Shown: piece by piece, positions 52,201-62,852 of the stretch
How the letters are laid out: each line of letters opens with the position of its first letter
Numbering within the stretch: position 1 is the first letter of the stretch
Source: a virus
Virus record (IMG/VR): IMGVR_UViG_3300013372_003978
Span: 1 to 64,000 of that record
Reading direction: 5' to 3' (one strand)
Length of the DNA stretch: 64,000 bases
Translations under genes and position numbers: made by a program
The notes under the pieces: model-generated
The model's input: the letters and a program-made list of their open reading frames with translations, nothing else
What the model was told of the DNA's origin: nothing
Database searches by the model: none

Positions 52201-53411
52201 TGGAGATAAAGCAAATCACTGAAATTAATAAAACAGATATCTCAAAACTATTTGAAAAAGATTCTAATGGTCGAGAAATTAACATTTATGAATTAAGGGA
52301 TTCAATGGTTACTGGTGAATCCTTATATTATCCAAATACGTTATTATATAATGGGTCTTTATATAACCCAATAAACGAAACAACTATGTCATTAAAAAAT
52401 GTTGAGGTTGATGATAATTTTAATTTTACATTAAAAAAACCAATTAAAACCGAAGAAAAGTCGGTTTTTTTCTTTATATATAATATGGATAATTATTTTC
52501 ATTTTGTTTATGATTCGTTGCCATATTTAATAACCTTTAACAAAATAAAAGAAACTAACCCAGAAACTAAGTTACTAATGAATTACCCTGCTGGCAAAAA
52601 TCGATTCTATAAATTTGTTTTAGAATTTTTAGATATATTGGGTATTAGAGAAGATGATATCATTATTGCTGATGAAAATACAAATTATAAGAAGGTTTAT
52701 ATTTCAACATCTTACACACATGATTTTGATTCAAATTTACCACCTAGAAATGAAATATATGATTTTTACCAAGAAATAATTGATAAAGTAAAAATAGATG
52801 ATACTGATTTACCTAAAAAGATTTACATTTCTAGAAGAAGTTGGTTACATGGTGATATGAGCAATATTGGTACTAACTATACTACTAGACGTAAATTAGT
52901 TAATGAAGATGAATTAGTTAAATTTTTGATGAGCAAAGGATACCAAGAAATTTTTACCGAAACCTTTACAACTGAACAAAAAATAGCTATATTTAAAAAT
53001 GCTGAAAGTGTGGTTGGTGCTATTGGTGGTGGAATTTGTAATGTTTTGTTTTCTAAACCAGAATGTAAATTAACTGCATTAATTTCACCATATTTTTTAG
53101 ATGTTAATGAACGTTTTAAATATTCATTAAACAAAGTTAATTTAACGTTATTTGACGATGTTAAAAACACTGAAACTACGGTATTTAAAAAATATATGAG
53201 AGTTAAATGTAATGATATTATTGGGGAAATAATAGACATACAAAATGATGACATAACAATAACTTACAGTGATGTTAAATTAGCTGGTTGGAATAGTGAA
53301 AATGAATATAAAACAATAACGAAAAAAACTTATGAGTGTGTTAGATTAGATGAAGGGTTAAATTCATCGTGGAAAATAAACTTAGATAAACTTAAAGAAT
53401 TTTATGATTAA
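52200..53411 (+). CDS. GT61/DUF563-family glycosyltransferase
   Basis: NYFHF..D.LP, KIYISRR, RRKLVNEDE and F..A..VVG..GGG..N.LF motifs. Confidence 0.82.
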   Translation: MEIKQITEINKTDISKLFEKDSNGREINIYELRDSMVTGESLYYPNTLLYNGSLYNPINETTMSLKNVEVDDNFNFTLKKPIKTEEKSVFFFIYNMDNYFHFVYDSLPYLITFNKIKETNPETKLLMNYPAGKNRFYKFVLEFLDILGIREDDIIIADENTNYKKVYISTSYTHDFDSNLPPRNEIYDFYQEIIDKVKIDDTDLPKKIYISRRSWLHGDMSNIGTNYTTRRKLVNEDELVKFLMSKGYQEIFTETFTTEQKIAIFKNAESVVGAIGGGICNVLFSKPECKLTALISPYFLDVNERFKYSLNKVNLTLFDDVKNTETTVFKKYMRVKCNDIIGEIIDIQNDDITITYSDVKLAGWNSENEYKTITKKTYECVRLDEGLNSSWKINLDKLKEFYD

Positions 53412-54210
53412 TTATGTTGTTTATGGAAATACAGATTATTTGGATGTTTTAGAAATTCAAACTGATTACATATATGGTCGTGGTAATATTACATTATTTT
53501 TAAATAATAATGATTTAGAAATACAAAACCTAACATCAAAATATGATAGGATAATATATTACAATAATGATGATACATACGCTAAAAGATTATTATCCTG
53601 TATTCAACAAATAAAAGATGATTATTTTTTATTTTTACACGATATTGATGTTTTATTAAATGTTGATGATAAAATGATTAATAAATTTTATGATTTTTTA
53701 AGGGTTAATAATTTTGATAGAATTGATTTAAAACATTCTGATAATAAAATATCAAACCTAATTATTGAATATAATCCAGATAATAAACCTAGTGAATGGG
53801 AACCTAAATTATCTGAAGAATTAACAGATGGCCTTTATCTAATAAAACAAGATAATCCAAATGATTACATTTATAATGTTAACCCATCAATATGGAAAAA
53901 AGATTCATTTATTAAATTGCTAAGTAATTTTACACATAAAAATTATAGAACAATAGAAGAAATGGATGTGCAATTATTTTCAAAACAATTTAAGGTTTTT
54001 AAATTAACTGCTAATACTAAAAAATTATGTGGATATTTTAATTGTGTTGACGGATTTCAATTTTTACATATTAGTCACAGTGGTAAATTATTACCATTGA
54101 ATAAAAATTTTGTGACAACATATGGTCAATCATACGTAGATATAAGTGATGAATACATTAAAATAGTAGATAAATACAACCTAACGAAATCAAATAAGTG
54201 GATAATATAA
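53404..54210 (+). CDS. Putative GT-A-like protein, paralog of 55128..55940
   Basis: FLFLHDIDVL (DxD), FDRIDL and YIYNVNPSIWK motifs. Confidence 0.65.
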   Translation: MINYVVYGNTDYLDVLEIQTDYIYGRGNITLFLNNNDLEIQNLTSKYDRIIYYNNDDTYAKRLLSCIQQIKDDYFLFLHDIDVLLNVDDKMINKFYDFLRVNNFDRIDLKHSDNKISNLIIEYNPDNKPSEWEPKLSEELTDGLYLIKQDNPNDYIYNVNPSIWKKDSFIKLLSNFTHKNYRTIEEMDVQLFSKQFKVFKLTANTKKLCGYFNCVDGFQFLHISHSGKLLPLNKNFVTTYGQSYVDISDEYIKIVDKYNLTKSNKWII

Positions 54211-54211
54211 A

Positions 54212-55126
54212 ATGAGCTTAGAACAAATAAAAGAATGTAAATATATCTCTAGTGTGGGGTTATTAAAAACAATAGACGAATTAAATCTGATTACTTATGA
54301 TAAAACACCATCAAATATTGTGCACGATTATTCAAAACTACAAAATGGTTATGATGGTGTTTGCATTTATATAAAATTTTCTAACGTAAGAGAATTTATG
54401 TATCATGTATTACCAAGAATAAATTATAAATTTATATTAGTAACTGGTGATGGTGATGAAACTATGCCAAATGATATGTTTGATATGATAACATTTAATA
54501 ATATAATAAATAATGAAAATATATTACATTGGTATTCGGTTAATTGTATTGAAACCATTCACCCTAAATTTTCTTTAATACCTATTGGTGTTAATTTTCA
54601 TTCATTAACTTATGGTGAATTTTGTGGTTGGCATAATACATCTCAAACACCATTGGAACAAGAAAATATAATAGAAGAAATTAGAAATAATAATTTACCA
54701 TTTCATTTAAGAATTCCTAAATGTTATTCTAATTTTCATTTTGTAACTTATCAAGAATTTGGAAATCCTAGAAAAGAAGCTATGGAAAAAATACCACAAG
54801 ATTTGGTATTTTATGAACCTACTTTAATACCTAGATTCAATACATGGGATAATCAAGCCAAATATGCCTTTGTATTATCACCAATGGGTCATGGAATGGA
54901 TTGTCATAGAACATGGGAAGCGTTAATGTTGGGTTGTATTGTTATTGTTAAAAAATCAATAATTGATAGTTTATATGAAGAGTTACCTGTTTTGATTGTT
55001 GATGAATGGGAAGATATTACACAAGAACTTTTAAATGAAACCATGGAAAAATTTAAAGATATGGAGTTTGATTATGACAGAATAACATTAAAATATTGGG
55101 TAAATAAAATTAAATCTTTAAAATAA
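54212..55126 (+). CDS. Exostosin/GT47-like glycosyltransferase
   Basis: IPIG, FVLSPMGHGMDCHRTWEAL.LG.IVIV and LPVLIVDEW motifs. Confidence 0.78.
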   Translation: MSLEQIKECKYISSVGLLKTIDELNLITYDKTPSNIVHDYSKLQNGYDGVCIYIKFSNVREFMYHVLPRINYKFILVTGDGDETMPNDMFDMITFNNIINNENILHWYSVNCIETIHPKFSLIPIGVNFHSLTYGEFCGWHNTSQTPLEQENIIEEIRNNNLPFHLRIPKCYSNFHFVTYQEFGNPRKEAMEKIPQDLVFYEPTLIPRFNTWDNQAKYAFVLSPMGHGMDCHRTWEALMLGCIVIVKKSIIDSLYEELPVLIVDEWEDITQELLNETMEKFKDMEFDYDRITLKYWVNKIKSLK

Positions 55127-55127
55127 T

Positions 55128-55940
55128 ATGATACAATACGAAGTTCACAAACATGTTAACCATGATACTTTAAGTGATGGTCTTGTAAATTATGTAATTT
55201 ATAGTCATTCTAGTTTTTTGGATGTGTTAAATATTCAACTAGATTATATAATTGGTAAGGGTCATTTAACATTGTTTATAGATGAAAATAACCATGACTT
55301 AACTCATATTTATAAAAAATTTGATAGGGTTGTTTTTTATAATGGTAATCTTACTTATGGTAATAAACTTTTAAGTTGTTTAAATCAAATTGATTATGAT
55401 TATTTTGTTTTCATACACGATAATGATATTCTTTACAATGTAGATAATCAAAAAATGTTAGAGTTTATAGATTTTTTAAGAGTTAATGACTACGATAGAG
55501 TTGATTTCCAATTAGCTTATGATTTTAATAGAGAACTTAGCCATACAATTGAAGATGATGGCTTATATCTAATTAAATCATCTAATATAGACACAACAGC
55601 AAACGGATACATCTACAACGTTAACCCATCAATTTGGAAATTAGAAACATTAAAAAAAATAATGCAAACATATAGTCATAGAGATTATAGAACAATAGAA
55701 CATCCAGAAGTACAAGAATTTTGTTTACAATTTAATATTTTTAAACTGTATTCTAAAAAACAATACAATTGTGGATATTTCATTTGTTTGGAACCTTTTA
55801 AATATCTACACATAACACATAGCCAACATTATCTTAATCTAGCTAGTTTATCAAAAGAATCGTATAAAGATATTGAAGAAGTGTACGAAATAATAATCAA
55901 CAAATATAAGTTAAGAAATTCTAACAAATGGATAAATTAA
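55128..55940 (+). CDS. Putative GT-A-like protein, paralog of 53404..54210
   Basis: FVFIHDNDIL, YDRVDF and YIYNVNPSIWK motifs. Confidence 0.65.
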   Translation: MIQYEVHKHVNHDTLSDGLVNYVIYSHSSFLDVLNIQLDYIIGKGHLTLFIDENNHDLTHIYKKFDRVVFYNGNLTYGNKLLSCLNQIDYDYFVFIHDNDILYNVDNQKMLEFIDFLRVNDYDRVDFQLAYDFNRELSHTIEDDGLYLIKSSNIDTTANGYIYNVNPSIWKLETLKKIMQTYSHRDYRTIEHPEVQEFCLQFNIFKLYSKKQYNCGYFICLEPFKYLHITHSQHYLNLASLSKESYKDIEEVYEIIINKYKLRNSNKWIN

Positions 55941-56719
55941 AAGATAAAAATAAACCAATTTTTATAATAGCCCATAAATTTTATAGAGGTTATGAATCTT
56001 ACATCGAATACTATATAAGTAATATAAATAAATATTATGAAGATGCTTTAATAATTGTTGTGGATAATAATTCAACATATGTTGAAGATATTTTTAGCAC
56101 TTTGAGAAAATTTAATAACGTTATTTTATTAAAGAATGATATCGATTGTAAATTTGAAATTGGTGCTTATAAACTTGGTTTAAAATTTATTATTGATAAT
56201 GATTTTATAAGTGATTATAGTTATGTTGTTTTAACTCAAGATACATTTATACTTAAAAATAAACTAGATTTTAACTTATTAAATGAACAAAATATAACAG
56301 CAGCCCCAATTAATTCATTCACAATGGATGATATATTCAAAGATATTAGAGATGAAATTTTAATTAAACTGGGATTGTTTAATAATTTAGATAAAATTAC
56401 ATTTTGTTGGTGTAATAGTTTTATTATAGCTACTAATAAGGCTCAACAACTATTTAATTATTTTAAAGACATTATAATTACCACAAGAGATGAAAGTGGT
56501 GCCTCTGAAAGGTATTTAGCTAGAATTTTATGGGAATTAAATGATTATAAAAATAACGACATTGATGGTGATATGACAGCTTTAAAATATAGTTGGAATG
56601 GAAAAATTAACCCTTCACCAAAATATGATTGTCATAATGTAAATGTTTATGATGAAAATATAACAACATATTTTGTAAAAAAAACACAACAAAAAACTGA
56701 AAAAACTTGTGATAGATGA
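55928..56719 (+). CDS. Putative glycosyltransferase (GT-A/RgpF-like)
   Basis: IIVVDNNS, FEIGAY..G, LTQDT and SER.L motifs. Confidence 0.6.
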   Translation: MDKLKDKNKPIFIIAHKFYRGYESYIEYYISNINKYYEDALIIVVDNNSTYVEDIFSTLRKFNNVILLKNDIDCKFEIGAYKLGLKFIIDNDFISDYSYVVLTQDTFILKNKLDFNLLNEQNITAAPINSFTMDDIFKDIRDEILIKLGLFNNLDKITFCWCNSFIIATNKAQQLFNYFKDIIITTRDESGASERYLARILWELNDYKNNDIDGDMTALKYSWNGKINPSPKYDCHNVNVYDENITTYFVKKTQQKTEKTCDR

Positions 56720-57600
56720 TAATAGATAAAATTAAAAATAGTTATATAATCTACACGAATAATCAAGTAGTACATACCAGAGAATATTATAATTATTGTG
56801 TTTCTTTATTAAAAAAATGGTTAAATGACATAGATGATGATTTAAACATTATTTTTGGTGATTATAATTTTGATTTTGATAATCCTAACAAAATAATTAA
56901 GGTAGATATTCAATGTGAACATACATTGGTTAAAAATGGTGGTCGTTCAGTTACTAATAAAATATATGGTAACGTTAAAAGTGATGATGGTTATTATCTG
57001 GTTAGAATTGATAAATTTAATTATCTTAATTCTTTAGATATGGTAATAGAATATAGCTTACCAAATATTGAAAATATTAAAACTAGTGGTAAATTTAACG
57101 ATTATTTAAATAAAGTTTTTTATGTTGCCCCTATGTTATATAAATCAAAATTTGATGGTGTTAAAACTGATATAATCACCTTATTTGACCATAATAATAA
57201 TCATAGAAGGTCTAACATATTAAATAAGTTAAAAGAATATGGGGTAAATAATAAAATAGTGACTAATTGTTTTTCACATGAATGTTTATTAAATACTTAC
57301 GATAAAACTAAAATAATGGTTAATGTTCACCAAACTGACCATCACCACACTTTTGAAGAATTAAGAGTTTTACCTGCACTATTAAATGGTGTTATTATTA
57401 TAAGTGAAGATGTTCCACTTAAAGAAGCAATACCATATAACGAATATATCATATGGTGTAACTATGAAGACATTCCTAGTAAAACCTTAGAAGTTATGAA
57501 TAATTATACTTATTATTTTGATAAATTATTTACTAATGGTAATATTGATGTTATCTTAGATAAAATTAATATTAATAATTTAGAAGCGTTTAAAAGATAA
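56716..57600 (+). CDS. Putative GT-B glycosyltransferase
   Basis: KIMVNVH......FEELR..PAL.NG.IIISE C-terminal motif. Confidence 0.65.
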   Translation: MIIDKIKNSYIIYTNNQVVHTREYYNYCVSLLKKWLNDIDDDLNIIFGDYNFDFDNPNKIIKVDIQCEHTLVKNGGRSVTNKIYGNVKSDDGYYLVRIDKFNYLNSLDMVIEYSLPNIENIKTSGKFNDYLNKVFYVAPMLYKSKFDGVKTDIITLFDHNNNHRRSNILNKLKEYGVNNKIVTNCFSHECLLNTYDKTKIMVNVHQTDHHHTFEELRVLPALLNGVIIISEDVPLKEAIPYNEYIIWCNYEDIPSKTLEVMNNYTYYFDKLFTNGNIDVILDKININNLEAFKR

Positions 57601-57603
57601 AAT

Positions 57604-59058
57604 ATGAGGGTTGCATTACTAATAGCTGGATATTTAAGAAGTTATGAAACAAATATTAAATACATTCATGATGAAATCATTAATAAATTTAATGATGTTG
57701 ATATATATTTGCACATAACTAAAGATGAAAATACTGAAGATAAATACTTTAATCAAATTCAAGAAACAGATATTAAAAAAATAATCGACACATTAAATCC
57801 AACAACAACAATAATAGAAAACAATATTGTTTATAACCCTGATAAAAGAATTAATAATGTTATGAATCATTGGGGTAAATTATATAAATTAAACCAACTT
57901 AAATCAATTAAAGAAAATGAAACATCTAATTATGATTTGGTTATTAGATATCGATTAGATTTAAATATACTTTCTAAAAACGTTTTTAATTTTGATTTAG
58001 AAAAGGGTGTTATTTATCTACCTAAAGATGCTAAGATTGATAAAGTTAAATTAACTAACCCAAACGATAAATATTTATGTGATGCGTTTGCTTTTGGTGA
58101 TTCTGAATCAATGGATAAGTATTTTAATATCTATAGTTATTATGGTAATCATATGTTACCAGTTTCAGAAACTGCTTTATATGATTACTTAACAAAAAAC
58201 AAAATAAACCATAAATTAATTAATATAAATTATAATTTTGTTTTATCTAAATGCAATGTTTTTGCTATCTGTGGTGATTCTGGTTCTGGAAAATCCACAC
58301 TAAGTAATTTATTGAAAAATGGTTATAGTGATTCATTTATGTTAGAATGTGATAGATACCATAAATGGGAAAGACATAATGAAAATTGGGATGGAATGAC
58401 TCATTTAAATCCAGAAGCTAACTACATAACAAAAATGGAAGAAGATATCTTCAATTTAAAACTTGGAAATGATATTTATCAGGTTGATTATGACCATCAT
58501 AGCGGTAAATTTACTGAAAAACAATTAATCAATCCATCAGATAATTTAATTGTTTGTGGTTTACATAGTTTATATGGTGATAATAACTTATATGATGTTA
58601 AAATATTTATGGATACTGATGATTCTCTTAAGAAAAAATGGAAAATTAAACGTGATGTAATTGAACGTGGTTATACTGTAGATAAAGTATTAAATAGTAT
58701 AGAAAAAAGACAAAACGATTTTCAAGAATATATCACACCACAAAAAGATAATGCTGATTTAATAATTAAATTTTTTACTAGAGATATTATTGATTTTAAT
58801 GATTTTGAAAGAGAAGAAAAATTAAGTTTGGAGGTTTCAATTAACAATAAATGTAAAAATCTGAACTATATTTTAAGAACTTTTAACGATTTAAATATTG
58901 ATTATACTATTATCAATGATGATAAATTTACCAAAATAATCTTTGATGAATATGTTGAATTAAACGTGGTAGATAGAAAAATTTTTAACAACAGTAAAAC
59001 GAACACATTTTACGATTATATTTTATATTTTATTTTTTCCCTTAACTTTACTAATTAA
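57604..59058 (+). CDS. Fusion of a putative glycosyltransferase-like N-domain and a phosphoribulokinase/uridine-kinase domain
   Basis: N-domain: VALLIAG.LR, YDLVIRYRLD, DAFAFG...MDKY. C-domain: P-loop GDSGSGKST, DRYH, P.AN, YDHHSG, GLH, WKIKRDV.ERG and PQK..AD (PRK-like). Confidence 0.82.
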   Translation: MRVALLIAGYLRSYETNIKYIHDEIINKFNDVDIYLHITKDENTEDKYFNQIQETDIKKIIDTLNPTTTIIENNIVYNPDKRINNVMNHWGKLYKLNQLKSIKENETSNYDLVIRYRLDLNILSKNVFNFDLEKGVIYLPKDAKIDKVKLTNPNDKYLCDAFAFGDSESMDKYFNIYSYYGNHMLPVSETALYDYLTKNKINHKLININYNFVLSKCNVFAICGDSGSGKSTLSNLLKNGYSDSFMLECDRYHKWERHNENWDGMTHLNPEANYITKMEEDIFNLKLGNDIYQVDYDHHSGKFTEKQLINPSDNLIVCGLHSLYGDNNLYDVKIFMDTDDSLKKKWKIKRDVIERGYTVDKVLNSIEKRQNDFQEYITPQKDNADLIIKFFTRDIIDFNDFEREEKLSLEVSINNKCKNLNYILRTFNDLNIDYTIINDDKFTKIIFDEYVELNVVDRKIFNNSKTNTFYDYILYFIFSLNFTN

Positions 59059-59077
59059 TTTTATTTTCGTATATTTG
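59047..59077 (+). promoter_or_regulatory. Bacteroidota-type promoter (TTTA-N19-TATATTTG)
   Basis: -7 box at 59070-77, ending 3 nt before the ATG at 59081. Confidence 0.6.
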
Positions 59078-59080
59078 CAT

Positions 59081-60208
59081 ATGGAAAATAAAATTAGAAA
59101 AAATTGTATCTTTTGTGAAAATGAACTAAGAAAAGATTTTTTTAGTAATGATTTAAACAACTATGTTGCTCACTACTCAGTAAATCAAGACGCTAATAAT
59201 GATGATATGCAAAACATACCTTTTAATGTTTGTGTATGTGATTATTGTAAAACTCCACAATTAAAATATTTAGGCGATTTAAATGAAATTTATAAACTTA
59301 ACCATGCTGATAGTACTGGTAAGATTATGAATAGTTTACACCGTGAAAACTTATCATTAATTTTAAAATATAAAGATTCAATAACTAACATTATTGAAAT
59401 AGGAAGTTCTAAAGGTATCTTAGCTGACGAAGTAATTAAAAACATTGATTTAACTTATTATATAATAGAACCTAGTTATTTTGGTGACATTAATGATAAG
59501 AAAATTATAATCCCAGACTTTTATGAAAATGTGGATGATTCAGTAATAAATGCTAATACTATGGTTATATCACATGTGTTTGAACATTTTTACCAACCAA
59601 TGGAGATTCTAAATAAAATAAGTAATAATAAAAAGATTGAAAATTTCTTTTTAGTTTTTCCTGATTTAGAATACTACATAAATAATGATGTTTTACATGT
59701 CTTAAATACCGAACATACATTTTATGTCGATAATCAATTTTTAATTAATTTATTAAAACATGTTGGTTTTGATTTGATAGAGCAAAGAAACCATGAAAAC
59801 CATTCAGTATTGTTCTATTTTAAAAGAAATGACTCTGAAATTAATAACAATAAAATCGATTTTAAAAATACCAATTATGATTTGGATATATACTATTCAA
59901 AAATAAAAAATACTGTTGATAAATTCAACACTGTTATGTACAAAAATAAAGATAAAGAAATCTATCTTTGGCCAGCATCTATCCATTCATTATATTTATT
60001 AAATTTTGGTCTAAAAATAGAAGGTGTGACTGGATTTTTAGATAATAGTAAACTTAAAATTGGTAAGAAAATGTATGGAACCAATTTAACTGTTTTTGAT
60101 TTTAAAGATAAAGTTACTGAAAAAGATGACAATGTTATTATCCTAGTAAGTGGTGGGGTGTTCAATCGTGAAGTTCAACATCAATTAACAATAAATAAAA
60201 GTATTTAA
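59081..60208 (+). CDS. SAM-dependent methyltransferase, NDP-sugar C-methyltransferase-like
   Basis: Two CxxC pairs (CIFC, CDYC), IEIGSSKG, SHVFEH, EH.FY and C-terminal LDNS.LKIGK.MYGT. Start at ATG 59081. Confidence 0.8.
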   Translation: MENKIRKNCIFCENELRKDFFSNDLNNYVAHYSVNQDANNDDMQNIPFNVCVCDYCKTPQLKYLGDLNEIYKLNHADSTGKIMNSLHRENLSLILKYKDSITNIIEIGSSKGILADEVIKNIDLTYYIIEPSYFGDINDKKIIIPDFYENVDDSVINANTMVISHVFEHFYQPMEILNKISNNKKIENFFLVFPDLEYYINNDVLHVLNTEHTFYVDNQFLINLLKHVGFDLIEQRNHENHSVLFYFKRNDSEINNNKIDFKNTNYDLDIYYSKIKNTVDKFNTVMYKNKDKEIYLWPASIHSLYLLNFGLKIEGVTGFLDNSKLKIGKKMYGTNLTVFDFKDKVTEKDDNVIILVSGGVFNREVQHQLTINKSI

Positions 60209-60209
60209 T

Positions 60210-60887
60210 ATGAATATGGTTAAAATAACTAATAATTTAATATCCCTATCTAAAGCCATATCAAAGTACTGTGTTGGTATGGAAGGTAATATATCTGGCA
60301 AAATAGATGGAAATTCTTTTTTAATAAAAGCCAGTGGTCAAAATTTATCAAATTTAAAAGAGGATGGTCTAGTAGAATTCTCAATGGATGGTATTCAATT
60401 AAATAACCCAGATAAAAAAGGTAGCATGGAATTAACTTTCCATACTTTTTTATTAGGGTTTGAAGATATTAATTACATATCACATACACACCCAACAAAC
60501 ACTTTAAAAATTTTATGTACCAATTACGCAAATGATTTTGCTAATAAGCGATTATTTCCAGACCAAGTAGTTTTTAATGGTGTTAAAGCATGTTTAGTTC
60601 CTTATGCTAAACCTGGTGAAAAATTAACTGAATTAATTAAACAACACATTAATTGGTTCATTGAAGAAGAAAAATATTTTCCAAAATTAATTTTATTAAA
60701 AAACCATGGTATTATTGCGTGTGGTAATTCTATTAATGAATGTATCATTGCTACTGATATTTGTGAAAAAGCTGCAAAAATTTTTATTGGGGGTATTGGA
60801 TTAGGTGATATACATTTTTTAAGTGATAAAGAAATAAATGATTTAATTATTGATGATAATGAAAAATATAGAAAAAATTTATTATGA
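60210..60887 (+). CDS. Class II aldolase/adducin family protein (FucA/AraD/RhaD-like)
   Basis: EGNIS, IKASG, SME..FH, HTHP and LL.NHGII..G motifs. Confidence 0.88.
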   Translation: MNMVKITNNLISLSKAISKYCVGMEGNISGKIDGNSFLIKASGQNLSNLKEDGLVEFSMDGIQLNNPDKKGSMELTFHTFLLGFEDINYISHTHPTNTLKILCTNYANDFANKRLFPDQVVFNGVKACLVPYAKPGEKLTELIKQHINWFIEEEKYFPKLILLKNHGIIACGNSINECIIATDICEKAAKIFIGGIGLGDIHFLSDKEINDLIIDDNEKYRKNLL

Positions 60888-61630
60888 AAACAGAAGGAAT
60901 AAGTTTAGGGTGGAATTGTTCTGCCGCTCAGGATGGTCTTAAATTAGGTTTAAGGAATACAAAAAGTAATGGGTATAAAACATGTCCGTTTGATATGATG
61001 ATAACCAATTATGTGGGTATGTGTAAATGTATTGAAGATGATTTTAAATACTTTTGCGACCCAAATTATTTAGAACTAAGAAAAGCCCCTAAAATGTCTC
61101 CACATATCCCAAATCAAAAAGATGATGAAATGTGGGTTTTTAATTCTTATTATAATTTTTATTTTAATCATGAATCACCATATCATGGTAATCTTTATTT
61201 AAATGAGCAATGGAGTGGACCAAACCATTTTGTCAATAACAATTTTGAAAAATTCGTTGAAAGGTATGAAAGACGAATTAATAATTTTAGGGGGTATATG
61301 ACTGGTTTAGAACTAGTTAATTTTATCGTATGGCGTTATAACGCAATACCTTATGAATTAGTGGATATTATTAAAGAAAAATACCCTAATTTAAATTTTA
61401 AAGTTAATACTATTATAGATTTTGGTAGACATACTGTTGATTGTTTAATAACTAACACACCAGAAGCTTCAAAAGAATATGAAATGGATTATCTTAGATA
61501 TATGAACATAACTGAAAATGAATACCCAGAAGAATTTTCCAGGTATAGAAATGAATTAATAACTAAGGATATTAAAAATGATGAACATATCATTTTAATT
61601 TATCCAACTAAAATCTCTAGTTTAAACTAA
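60884..61630 (+). CDS. DUF1796-like (putative papain-like) protein
   Basis: ISLG.NC..A.....GLR......PFD, F.HE and RY.RRI.NF motifs. Confidence 0.6.
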   Translation: MKTEGISLGWNCSAAQDGLKLGLRNTKSNGYKTCPFDMMITNYVGMCKCIEDDFKYFCDPNYLELRKAPKMSPHIPNQKDDEMWVFNSYYNFYFNHESPYHGNLYLNEQWSGPNHFVNNNFEKFVERYERRINNFRGYMTGLELVNFIVWRYNAIPYELVDIIKEKYPNLNFKVNTIIDFGRHTVDCLITNTPEASKEYEMDYLRYMNITENEYPEEFSRYRNELITKDIKNDEHIILIYPTKISSLN

Positions 61631-61929
61631 TGAAAACAAGAATAATTTACGTAGACATTGATGAAACTATTTGTGAAACACCAGAACCTAGAAACTATTT
61701 TAATGCTGAACCGATAAAAGAAAATATCGCTAAAATTAATGAGTTGTATGATGAAGGTAACACAATAGTTTATTGGACTGCTCGTGGTAGTAGAACACAA
61801 ATTAATTGGTATGATTTAACTAAACAACAATTGATTGAATGGGGTGCGAAACACCATGAATTAAATGTAAGTAAACCATACTATGATTTGTTTATTGATG
61901 ACAAAACACTTAGAATTGAAGAAATATGA
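61630..61929 (+). CDS. Small capless HAD phosphatase (capsule-biosynthesis BcbF/EcbF-like)
   Basis: YVDIDETIC (DxD), WTARG and KP.YD.FIDDK motifs. Confidence 0.85.
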   Translation: MKTRIIYVDIDETICETPEPRNYFNAEPIKENIAKINELYDEGNTIVYWTARGSRTQINWYDLTKQQLIEWGAKHHELNVSKPYYDLFIDDKTLRIEEI

Positions 61930-62849
61930 AAAATAAAAAAATAATACTTATCCCACCAAATTTAGCATATGGTGATTGCTTATCCGTTATAGGATTAGTT
62001 TATTATTTGCTAGAATATTATGAATCAGTTTATTTTTATTTGGGTGAAACTGATACTTTATTAAATTATTATTCTGATTATTTTTCTAATGACCCATTAT
62101 ATAATCAAAGGATTTTTATTGTTGTAAAACCAGAAATTTTAATTAATAATGGTGAATATGGTGAATATCATATATGTAATACTTTAACTGGTGATTGGTT
62201 ATCGGCAAAAACTAATTATGCTGAACTTCCAAATATCAATAAAGAGTTTTACTTCAATGATTTAAATCCAATTTATAATAAATTAAAAATTCCTAACGAA
62301 CATTTATGTTTACCTAATAAACATTTACCTTCTTTAGAGTTGGAAATTAATCATTTATTTTATTATGAATTGATTGGTTTAAACAATAACGTTAGAATGG
62401 ATTACTTCAATTATGAAAGAAATTTACAAAAAGAACGGATGTTTAAAAATCAAATACTTGCAAATTATGGTTTAGAACCTAATAGCAAATATAATATAAT
62501 AAACGACCCTACAGGACAATTTAATGAAATCATACCTTACATTAAAAATGGGTTTAAAACAATTAACATTAACTTTTTAGCACCTAGTATTGGTAATTTA
62601 TTAACTTTGTTGGAAGAAGCTGAAAGCATACATTTTATTGAAGGATGTAACGTTAACTTTTTTTATCATTGTCAATATAAGAATATTTTTAAATATGATA
62701 AAAAAATATATTTTCATACTTGGGTTCGCAATAGACATTGGTTATATCCAAATATGAATTTAGATTACGCATGGAAAATGATGGATACACCAAAATTACT
62801 AAATTGGGAATTTATCTTTGATAAAAATGAAACACAAAATATAATTTAA
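61926..62849 (+). CDS. Hypothetical, possibly GT-B-like protein
   Basis: N-terminal GD...V.GLV and C-terminal LLEEAESIHFIEG resemble GT9-like motifs (weak). Confidence 0.55.
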   Translation: MKNKKIILIPPNLAYGDCLSVIGLVYYLLEYYESVYFYLGETDTLLNYYSDYFSNDPLYNQRIFIVVKPEILINNGEYGEYHICNTLTGDWLSAKTNYAELPNINKEFYFNDLNPIYNKLKIPNEHLCLPNKHLPSLELEINHLFYYELIGLNNNVRMDYFNYERNLQKERMFKNQILANYGLEPNSKYNIINDPTGQFNEIIPYIKNGFKTININFLAPSIGNLLTLLEEAESIHFIEGCNVNFFYHCQYKNIFKYDKKIYFHTWVRNRHWLYPNMNLDYAWKMMDTPKLLNWEFIFDKNETQNII

Positions 62850-62852
62850 AAT

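Noticed and set aside
58255-58790. Phosphoribulokinase as a Calvin-cycle auxiliary metabolic gene
   Set aside because: It is fused to a GT-like domain inside a glycan locus, there is no RuBisCO or CP12, and the promoters indicate a Bacteroidota host.
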